Part shown: positions 1 through 64,000 of the stretch, in pieces
How positions within the stretch are numbered: the first letter of the stretch is position 1
How the letters are laid out: each line of letters opens with the position of its first letter
NCBI GenBank assembly: GCA_012295275.1
Contig: CM022671.1
Span: 30,442,001-30,506,000, forward strand
Direction of reading: 5' to 3'
DNA: 64,000 nucleotides
DNA from: Chrysomallon squamiferum
Taxonomy: Eukaryota > Animalia > Mollusca
Notes under the pieces: model-generated
Told to the model about the DNA's origin: nothing
The model's input: the letters and a program-made list of their open reading frames with translations, nothing else
The model's database searches: none
Program-made: the position numbers and the translations under genes

Positions 1-143
1 ATCAGCTACTGGGTGTGCATTCTCACATAAATTACTGGTTCTGATTGGGAAATACAGAATCCGCATACTGACCAGTTATTACTTCACCCAGAATAATTCA
101 TGGAAAGATTTTTGTTTTGTTTCAGGAACTATATATATATATA

Positions 144-3100
144 TCAACTTCCAAATGTTCTGACTTCACCATGTTTAAGACAAATAAAAGATGATCCCTT
201 CATGTCAGTATTTAGAAGAGCTTTTTCCAAATCTTGTTTTGGCTCCAGGTAATGCTGAAACAGAAAATGAAAAATGGAAACAGTTTACTCATTTTAAAAA
301 TTGTTATCACTTTTTCCTATCCAAAAATAATAAGAAAAAAAGACTAGATATATAAGAAAGAGGGAGAGGGAGGGAGGGGGGGGGGGAGAGAGAGAGAGAG
401 AGTAATAATAAAACAAACTGAATTCTGCAATTCAAAACTATTTTAAATCAAAATGGTTATAAAAGATTTTTTCCCCTAAATTAAGTCTCTGCTTCATACT
501 TCATAAGACATCATGCTGAAAGTTCCCCAGTGAATTCCAATAGACGTCTGAGATTGTATGTTATGGTGAATCTGAACAGCTTCTGAAGGACTTGCATGTT
601 GAGGAGAAAGAAACCAACTGAAAATACCAGTATGATTTATTAAATAGTTTACCTGTCAGTAATTTTAATATTTAGTATTGACAGAAATCAATTGAAAATA
701 ATAATATGATTGATTAATTAGCTTACCTATCAAAGAGTTTACATTTAATATGACAAAAACTAACTGAAAAAGCCAGTAAGAGTAAGCCAGATTAATCAGT
801 TTATATATCAATGATTTTACATTTAATATGAGAAAAAGTAATTAAAAATGCCAGTAAGACAGATTCAATAGTTTAACTATCAAAGATTTTACAGTCAGAA
901 TTCAGTATGAAGATAACTGTCATTACTATTCAGCAAGCAAAAAAAGAATAATAATGTTTTTATGTAAAAAAAAAAAAAAATTTCTTCTTCAAAGACCCCA
1001 ACAGGAAACTGTCTAGCTGAAATAATTACTGCTGCAGGGTGTATAATTACTGCTTTTGAGACAGGATATCTACATGTAACATAAATAGCAGGGCAATAAA
1101 CTGGAAAATCTGTTCAGTAAGTCTTTTAATTATATAATTATTAGTTTTTATATATAATATTTTTTACCAAACAATCTTCTGAGTTAAGTTTTGCTAAGTT
1201 TTAACACCCAGTTTATGAAGTTTTAGATGGAATGGGCTAAAGTATCTTTAAAAACTGTTCAGTCAGCTCATACTTTTATTATAATAAACAACATCACCTT
1301 TTGTCTCGACATGTTTTCATGGCACCTTTAATTACATTATGTATAAAATAATTTTATTTAGCAAAGTATAAAATATTACTATTTAGCAAAGTATAAAATA
1401 ATTTTATTCAGCAATGTTCCTTTCTAGTATTTAATAGTAAAATATATATATATTTCATGCCATGGTTTAAAGTTTTCAATTTACAATAAATTCAATTGCA
1501 TTATGTCTAAAACATTTTTACTAAGCAAAGTACTTTTCAAATGAATTTTCCTTGCCAGTATTTGACAGAAAAAAATGTATCTATGCCTTGATTTATAGTT
1601 TTAGATATTTGGCAGAAAAAAAGAAGAAAAGAACTAATATAATACCTTGGTTTATAGTTTCCAATTGGAATGGCTGCTAAGGAGAAAGGGCCCGAAGTGT
1701 TTTCCAATCTGTGTAAACACATCACAATAACCTGTGTCTCCTGCAAAATAAAACCTGTTCCTTGGTCCTATCACAGCCCAGCTGCACCACAGTGTCTGGA
1801 TAAAAATGTATGAAAAATGAAATCAGTACTTTAAGTCACGTTATATATATAATTTAGATTCTTATGAAGGATGTAAAATTTAAAGATTAAAATAAAGCAT
1901 TGGGTACATACATGGAAAATTATAGTATAATGTTACAAAAATATAAATATTAAAGAATAAAACAAAGGATTGTATACATTTTAACACACACACACACACA
2001 CACACACACATGCAAATAAATAAACTGGAAAATCTTTTCAGTAAATCTTTTAATTACATAATTATTAGTTTTTGTATTCAATATTTCTGACCAAACCATC
2101 ATCTGAGTTAAGTTTTGCTAGAGACAGTAGTACTCATCATAGGTAGAAATACACATACCATAAAATTTAACACCCAATTTATGAAGTGCTAGTTGGAATG
2201 GACTAAAACAAATGATTATCAAACCTTGTTAGTGTCCGATACTGAACGTCTGCTCCAGTGCTGACAGGGGAGACAAACCAGTCTGACATTCATTTTTTCT
2301 GACAGCAATTGCTCCTCCCACCAAGTCATTTCAGAGGAGTTTTCACATCCAGTGTCCACCAGCCACTTCTTCAAACCCACTGGCACATACCACTTTAATT
2401 GTTTTCCAAACCGTCTATTCAGGTCTAGCACAGATTTCAAATCAAGATGGTCATAATGGTTATGACTTATTATCACAGCATCAATGGGAGGCAACTCTGA
2501 CACAGTACATGGTGGAGGTCTGTATCTCTTTGGACCCAGGATTTTGAGTGGTGAACAATGGGTACTGAACAGTGGATCTGTGAGAATGGTAACTCCGTCA
2601 AAATGAACCAACAAGGTGGCATGACCAAGCCAGCTACAGTGGATTACAGGAGATGACGAAGAAAATTCGGAGAAGTCTGGTTTTACAACTTGAAGAGTTC
2701 TGTCAAGTTCCTTAATTGAAATAATGATTTCAGTGTTAGATGTTCAATTCATGAATCAGTTTGAAATGTTCAACAGCAATCAGAATATGTTTGTTGTTAT
2801 TTTATTACTTTCAAGAGAACAATATTACACACACTTTCTGGATATTATTGAAAAGCATGAGAATAATTAAGACTTTCCAATATGAATATATATATATATA
2901 TATATATACTGATAATTATATTAAAAATAATATTAATATTGATATTTTATTTTTTAAATATTTGCCATATTAGGATGATATGAAATTAATGCTTAATGGC
3001 ACCTGACCCAAGTTAACATTAATATTTTATTAAATAAATAAAAAATAAAATATTTATTTTGTTATTTATTTATTTAGAAACCATTTCATATCTACTCTTA

Positions 3101-3519
3101 CTGCTTAGCAACAAGAACATTTTATACTCATATCCCCACATAAATCAAATTGTTGAGCACTGGTAGAACTTGAAAAAGTCATATAAGGTATAATTATTTA
3201 GTTATTTAAAAAATAAACATGTGAATAAAAAAAAGAAAAAGAAACAAGTTCATGTACCATTTATTAAACAAAATTTTATTGTTAAAAAAAACAAACTTAC
3301 CTCATCATTTGGCAAATTATTTGGTTGTTTTTGCCATCTGAATTTGATAAAGTTTTTCACAGTAAAGTGATTGGAGGTCCATGTTTTCCATGGATTTTCA
3401 TATCTCCCATTTTTTATCAATGGCTTTATTTTTCCATTTAAGTCTAAAGAATTAATGTTTCCTTGATTTTCATTATTATCGTCTTGTTCATTTTTTTCTA
3501 AGACACCTCCTGTAGCCAT
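144..3519 (-). CDS. NAPEPLD: N-acyl-phosphatidylethanolamine-hydrolysing phospholipase D (metallo-beta-lactamase fold), ~360 aa, 5 coding exons; one apparent 1-nt insertion in exon 3
   Basis: Exons: 3519-3301, 2710-2225, 1795-1646, 617-500, 254-144, all GT-AG. Motifs read from the sequence: [33 protein letters not shown] (HxHxDH), [50 protein letters not shown], then TGA at 146-144. Exon 3 is 150 nt but the flanking phases require 149. Confidence 0.95.
1097..1240. repeat. Dispersed duplication shared by NAPEPLD introns 3 and 2 (second copy ~2021-2206, carrying an internal insertion)
   Basis: Both copies read taaactggaaaatc..ttcagtaa.tcttttaatta.ataattattagtttt...tctgagttaagttttgcta...tttaacaccca.tttatgaagt...ggaatgg.ctaaa. 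Confidence 0.85.
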
Positions 3520-3745
3520 ATTTTAGAATTTGAATTTAATTTTATCATGTAAATCTAAAGAATTAGTGTTTCCTTGATTTTGGTCTTGTTCGTTTTTTCT
3601 AAGACACCTCCTGCAGCAATATTTTACAATTTTAGTTTTATTTTTTCATTTAAATCTAAAGAATTAGTGTTTCATTGATTGTGGTCTTGTTCATTTTTTT
3701 CTGATACACCTCCTCTAGCCATATTTTAGAATTTTAGTTTTATCT
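3425..3745 (-). repeat. Three ~101-102 bp tandem copies of the NAPEPLD start region
   Basis: The unit tctaaagaatta.tgtttccttgattt..gtcttgttcattttttctaagacacctcctgtagccatattttagaatt recurs, with start-codon positions at 3519, 3620 and 3722. Confidence 0.9.
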
Positions 3746-3799
3746 GTTACTTTATTATTCATACATTTTTATATGAAATTCTGTAAATTTAATAATGTA

Positions 3800-5106
3800 A
3801 TTTAATAATTAGTTCTTAATAATAATAATATAAATGAATAAATATTAAATTAATTAATTAGTGAGTATTTTACTTAGCATCAACATATAAATTATTTTAA
3901 TTATAACCGTTGAACCAAAATCACAATCATCGACAATGTAAACAAAATAGATAATAATCTATCGATTCTAAGCTGTCAGATGTTGTTATCAGTCAAAACA
4001 GGATTATTGTCGTAACCGAGCCTGTTAGTGTTAGTAGCGTTTAGTTAATTCATATTTGAAAATATAACATAAACAAATATACTACTGCTAATTTGTTGCA
4101 AGTTAAGTCCTTTTTAAAATCTACAAAAGCTGGACTTTTTTACTATATGAAAATTACATGAACACGCTGAGTAATAAAATATATTACCCCAAAACAAGGG
4201 AAATTACTCTGTTTTAAACGATGTAATGAAATTCAACGAAGACGAAGACGAAACAGTGCATCTCACACACACGCGCACACACATTATCACCATCATCATC
4301 AACGTATACTTATATATTCTAACATAAGATCTATATCGCTTAAAGAACAACAAGGTCCTAACTACGAATTGCTATGGGTTTTCTTTATCTATATATTTTC
4401 ATTCTTTTATTGGTTCTAAGTAAAGCAGAAGTAAATTAACTAACTGAAACAGCGTAAATACACCAAGTTATTTTTCTCTTCTTTTGTTTACTTAAACAAA
4501 ATTTAATAACAATGTTTTACCTTTATTAACATAACATTGTTATGTCCTCATAATGTGTGTGCGTGCGTGCGTGTGTGTGTGTAAAACTTCTTTAGCGAAA
4601 GCTACAATAATGGTTGAATTGTCGAAGTGCGCGCTTTATAAGCATAACGCATCATTTTGACAGGTCGTTTAAATAAATAAATTATTTATTATTATTACTA
4701 CTACTACTATCACTATTATTATTATTATTATTAATTATCATTATTATTTATCCATTAAGTAATATTTATTAACATTTTAAATATCAACTGTGCTTTGTTA
4801 TATTAGTTTATGACATACATACATAAATACAATGATACATACATAAACTAATGACTCAATAAAAATTAAACATTATTATTATACTAGCTACGACACTGAT
4901 TGAAATACATTATTAAAAATTATTTAAAATATTTTGTGTTTATTTGAAGAAAAAGTACGAAGACATAATTTGACCTAACCATAAACAAATGAAATATTTT
5001 TACAGCAACCAATAATTGTTTCGGACACGAAAGGAAACACAACATTTCGTTTCGGTTCTTTTCAAGTCTAGTTTTGTATATATCCGTGTCTCTTGTGTTG
5101 CCGAAA
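3800..5106. promoter_or_regulatory. Probable shared divergent promoter region of NAPEPLD and PMPCB
   Basis: The two start codons point outward 1587 bp apart. CpG dinucleotides are visibly more frequent here (3905-4030, 4230-4290, 4550-4670, 5020-5130) than in the flanking introns. TSSs not mapped. Confidence 0.6.
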
Positions 5107-12357
<7,251 letters not shown>

Positions 12358-12745
12358 CACTGAATATTAGCATTCAGAGCAAGACTGTTATTGTTCTGCA
12401 AGTTGTGTGAATATTGAATATTAGGACAGAAATACAGGACATTAAGAAAAAAGCAGACAGCACTAATAAATTGTCAAAAGGAAATTTACTGAACTTGTGC
12501 TGTCACAAGACTTTTTTTTTTTTAAACGTTAATAAATTTGTGATGATATTAAGTGGGTTTTTTTGTTTTGCCTTCAAGTTTCAGATAATATTTGGTGATT
12601 TTAATTATTTAATTTTTGTTATAAAGTATAGGTAATATAATGATAGTGTCTGAAGAAGAAATAAAAAGCAAGTTTGAGAGTAAAAACAAATGTAGCTTGA
12701 TTGTGTGATATAATATTTAAAAAAAAAAAAAAAAATTAAATTGGA

Positions 12746-12751
12746 AATAAA
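12746..12751 (+). promoter_or_regulatory. Candidate PMPCB polyadenylation signal AATAAA
   Basis: AATAAA about 390 nt after the stop codon. Other AATAAA hexamers near 12465, 12531 and 12660 are alternatives. Confidence 0.35.
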
Positions 12752-14284
12752 GTCCCTTCAGTATTGCAGTTTTATATATAACTGGAAATCATTTGCCTTG
12801 AATTCTAAGGCCAACAATATTTTCTAATTTTTTTTTTTTAAATTTATATTTAAAAAAAAAGAAAGCAACCCAATAATAATGATAAGTAAATAAATAACCA
12901 ACCTTAAATTCAGAATGAAGTTTAGATGTTGGACCTCTAACCTTGGTATGTACATAGCTTAATCTTACCAGTGTGTGGATTGAAAACGTGCACACCGAGT
13001 TGAAGCCAATAAACTGAAGCATATTTTAAAATAAAGAAAAAAACGGCCATTGTTTTTGGACAGATCATCTGATGCATGATGGCCTAATTAATTACACCTA
13101 TTAGTTTGTTTCATCCAGTACATCACATCGGCAAATCAAACAATGTGGTATTTGAAATCTATGGGAAGGTGCAAGTAACAGATTACTTGCTGCTAATTGA
13201 CAAGAAGTTTCTCTTTCCATTTACTGAAAACAAAATATCCACAAAGAAAATAATAAAACTTTGCTTTTCTATCCATCTTCTTATTTATTTTTCCCCTTCT
13301 TTTTATCAAAATAAAAATTTATTTCGATAGCATTTTAAAAGTAAACAAATCTGAATTCAAAGAAACACTTTTTCATTATTATTTTTTTTTAATGAACAGC
13401 ATAAAACACTTAAATGAAAAAATAACAGACGATATTTAAGTATATTTATAATGCATTTTAATATCATCCAAAAAGGATGCACATATTATTATATGATAAA
13501 ATGAATTTGATTTAAAAAAAAAAAAAAAATTCTGTACAAAGAGATCAATAAAATATGACATGATATGTACATCAATAAATAATTTCAAAACACAACATAT
13601 CGCAGATGGCACAACACAGCTGTCATGTAAAACAAATGTACAAGCCTAGCAGCATAGAAAGTTAAAATTTACAATGTCTTATTAAAACTGCCACTGACTG
13701 TAGTGAAATACATGTATGGAAGTATCATCTAATAACATGAAATTATCTCAGAGCTAATAGTATTTAAGTTTTTTTCATCCCATCAAAATGTTAAACTTAA
13801 GTCAACTGTTTTAAAATGTAATACATTGTGTTAGTGTTGATAATACTAAAATATAATATATTCTGTCTCACTGTTGATAGTATTAAAATGTAACATTGTA
13901 AGTCTTGCTGTTGATATTATTAAAATGTAACATTGTAAGTCTTACTGTTGATAGTACTAAAATGTAGTGTATTGTACCTATTTTACCATAGATGGAGACA
14001 GCATTTAAAAAATAATACTGAAATTTGCTACTGATATATATATGTATATATAGATACAAAATGTATTTTTGTAGCTTTTTGAACTATTAAATATAAAATA
14101 AATAGTGAACATTTTACAATAGTTATAAATCTGTCACGAAGTATGAACTAATATAATATAAAGATTATTTTCTGCAAGTGTTTATAATTGTTCTATGTAA
14201 CTGCTGTAAATGTATGCAATGCACAATGCTTTCAAAGATCAGTTTTGAAATTGTCTTTGTTCGTCAACTATCATTTAATCATTT

Positions 14285-14347
<63 letters not shown>

Positions 14348-16009
14348 AATTCAAAATCATAAATATATAAATAAAGTGAAATAAAATGAAATTTAAAATA
14401 AATTTCTTAAATAACAAAAACTGGATATTATAAAACTAAGGAAAAATAGTTAAAAGATTTTATGAAATGTTTGAGATAAAATAAATACATTTACAGACTA
14501 TCTTCATTTCATTAGTCACAACCAAAAATAATTATTTAAAATTAACACAATAAGTATACAAGATATGCAAATTATATCTACAATCACATTGCTGTCAAAA
14601 AATGATAAAATAAGAATTATTTCAATAAGTTCTGGATGGGACTCTGTGTGAGACAGGATTATAATGTAAGTATTGGGACCACACTTTTAATCCATACAAA
14701 TTTTTAATTTAATTTCATTTAATTAGTTTCAATATTAATTTTAACTTCATTGTTTAAAATTAAAGCTCATGTAACTGATTGTTTCTCGGTTTATGTATTA
14801 CAAAACATTATTATTATTATTGATTCATCAGTATGTTCATACATTTGTGTTTGTGACCTGGACAAATAATTAAATTAAATTTTTAAACATGAAATAAAGT
14901 TATGTGTGGATATGTTTACACATGCATGGATATGTTTACATGAGTAGATTTCTGTTTTGTAGACATCATTAATTACCACTAATGTAATCATTTTATTGCA
15001 AATAACCAGTAAAATAATTATGCATTCTGCAGCAGAAGCCACTGAAGATGGAAAATAACACGAAAGTAAAAACCCATTAAAAATCGTTCTTGGCAGTGTC
15101 ATGTAGTGGAATTCAAAACCTATCATCCCCAACCCTCCTGCTGTTTTTTAAGCTCCTGATGTCAGTGAATGAGAAATGATATGAATTGTCAACTATGTAC
15201 AGATATGAGCAAAAATATACAAAGCAAAAAATGTTAATGAGCAATATATAGTAAGATGTGTATACAATATGATATGCTTTAGCACTGTACAAATGTAACA
15301 ACACAATACTTCTCTTTCAGAGACTTGTGAAACACAGTAATACTTTGTTATGCAAAACACTTGGGACCTTAGTAACACAATGTAGTAACAGATGGAGTAA
15401 ATAAAAAAAAAAAAAAAAAACATTGTATATTGATATGCTACTAAGTAATAATATTTAAACGAACTGTTACTAAAGCTAGGTTATTTATTTTGTTATACAA
15501 ATGTATCGCAGTCTGTGAACAATTTGACAAATGTTGTGCAGTGGTATTTGTGAACTGTTCATTTTAGTTACGCATTGTACAGTAATGTTAATAAAGCCAG
15601 TTTTGTTAATCTTTTTTTTCTTTTCTTTTTTTACACAGTGTTATAAATTAATAAAGACTGTTATACAATATATACAAAAGAATTAAACAGAAAAATTTGT
15701 TCACTAATAAACAATTTACAAGACTGTGAATCAAATTTACTCTTTGTTATGCAGTAATATTAATTACAAATGTTTTCTTACTTGATATATAATACAATAC
15801 TAATGAAATGTGTTCATTGTTGTACAATGTATACTATTTGAAGGTTGTTATACAATATACAATTTCAATGAAAACTGTTCACATTTTACAATATACAACA
15901 ATATTAAAATTTGTTCATGTTGCACAATATACAGTACTATTAAATTAAAACTTATCAATGTACAATATTATTAATGTCTGATATATGTAAAATTATATTA
16001 ACGAAGACT

Positions 16010-16290
16010 TTGCTGTTTTACAGTGTAAGATAATATTAATAAAAACTTTGCTGTTATTCAGTAATATTAATAATGAAAACTTTTAAAATGTAAAATAATG
16101 TTAATGAAGATTTTGCTTTTAAACAATGTAAAATAATATTAAGATATAAACTGTTATTCAGTAATATTACTAATGAAAATTGTTTTAAAATGTAAAATAA
16201 TGTTAATGAAGATTTTGCTGTTAAACAATATAAAATAATACTAATAAAAATGAAAATTACAGTTATTCAGTGATATTAATGGAAATTATT
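16010..16290. repeat. Degenerate AT-rich tandem repeat (~110 bp period) downstream of the CELSR stop
   Basis: Recurring ctgttattcagtaatatta.taatgaaa...ttttaaaatgtaaaataatgttaatgaagattttgct. Confidence 0.7.
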
Positions 16291-17119
16291 ATACAGTGTG
16301 CAATAATATTAACATACAAAGTATAAAAATAACCAATAAGCTGCTGCTACAAAAAATCTGGAAAGGCGCTGGTATGGTTTTCCTGGAATGTTCCGAATAT
16401 GTTCTTATGGCATCACACAATATGTACACAAGTCCTTTGCTGTTTGATCCTTTTTCTTCCCTTCATTCAAGTTTTAAAAAAACAACAAAAAACCCCAAGT
16501 GGCTCTTTGATTTGACATCTCTGACAAACAGTAAGACACCACACTATGCTTGATGGTGTTCTCACAACAGTAGATACCAATGTATAAAAAAAAAATAATA
16601 ATAATAAAAAATAAAATAAACGTCAACAGATTTAGTGATTAAAACGTTGTCACAGTAGAAGAAAGAGATGTGTAAAATATTGTCACAGCTCTGCTGAACC
16701 ACATTTACAAAGAAAGGTAGACACTGTTAAACAGCACTGTCACCATTCCACATGCTTGTCAGAGAGACAGTATAACCACTTGTGACACAGCTTGGTCATC
16801 TAATGGATTCTTTTATGAGATACATACACCAGCCAGCGATGTGACATTCTTTCTGTCATTTACTATTAAATCTTGCTTTTAACATCGTTCAGTAAGGTCA
16901 ATGTGACATTCAGTCAACGATTCTGAACTGTCACGAAGAGACTCGTTTCATCTCGTCTTTTTGACATTTCAGTCATATGTTTCAAAGACACCTTTTTGGT
17001 AATTTTGTTTTTAAAAGATATTTTGCTGTCATGATGTCATAGTCACATTTGTTGGGGGGGGGTTGTCGAAGACATTTTCATTAAATGTTTGGTAAGTTAG
17101 TAACACGTCACTTTTCAGC

Positions 17120-17520
17120 AATCATGTTTCAGACATTTTTCAGTAAATTTTCAGACATTTTTCAGTAAACTTGTTTCAGACATTTTTCAGTAAATTTGTC
17201 AAGACATTTTTCAGTAAACTTGGTTCCAGCATTTTTCAGCAATCTTGTTTCAGACATTTTTCAGTAAACTTGGTTCCAGACATTTTTCAGCAAACTTGTT
17301 TCAGACATTTTTCAGTAATCTTGGTTCCAGACATTTTTCAGTAAATTTGTCAGACATTTTTCAGTAAACTTGGTTCCAGACATTTTTCAGTAAATTTGTC
17401 AGACATTTTTCAGTAAACTTGTCAGACATTTTTCATTAAACTTGCGACAGATATTTTTCAGTAAACTTGTGACAGACATTTTTCAGTAAATGCATCACAG
17501 ACATTTTTCAGTAAACCAGT
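17120..17520. repeat. Minisatellite, ~16 copies of a 22-26 bp unit (cagacatttttcagtaaacttg..), in the proximal CELSR 3' UTR
   Basis: Tandem copies visible directly; the array begins about 95 nt after the TGA at 17617-17615. Confidence 0.9.
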
Positions 17521-17614
17521 CTGAATCAATCATTTCAGTAATTTTGTCACAGAATTCTGTGATTTGTTTCAGTAATCTTAAGAAGACATTTTTCTGTGAA
17601 CTCATCACAACAAA

Positions 17615-64000
<46,386 letters not shown>

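Noticed and set aside
3520-3722. N-terminal coding extension of NAPE-PLD through the repeats
   Set aside because: The upstream ATG is out of frame (203 nt) and stops after 16 codons, and an in-frame TAA lies just before ATG 3519.

Overview
AT-rich, microsatellite-dense animal genomic DNA with GT-AG introns. Style and repeats suggest a lophotrochozoan such as a gastropod, but the taxon is an inference. Three protein-coding genes were reconstructed exon by exon: NAPE-PLD (minus, 5 coding exons, 144-3519); mitochondrial processing peptidase beta, PMPCB (plus, 14 exons, 5107-12357, 479 aa), head-to-head with NAPE-PLD; and the 3' part of a CELSR/flamingo adhesion GPCR (minus, 34 coding exons, 17615-50055), whose cadherin-repeat exon(s) lie beyond the right edge. 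Nearly all other listed ORFs are microsatellite or AT-rich noise. Main points of interest: an apparently ancient NAPEPLD-PMPCB/UQCRC1-CELSR gene block; a 17-copy tandem array of a CELSR splice donor; a triplicated NAPE-PLD start region that creates uORFs; two possible PDZ-motif C-termini of CELSR; a candidate internal CELSR promoter and a Sox/TCF site cluster; and four single-base frameshifts in homopolymers, most likely assembly errors. No CRISPR array, tRNA, rRNA or intact transposon was seen, and I found no clearly new biological system.
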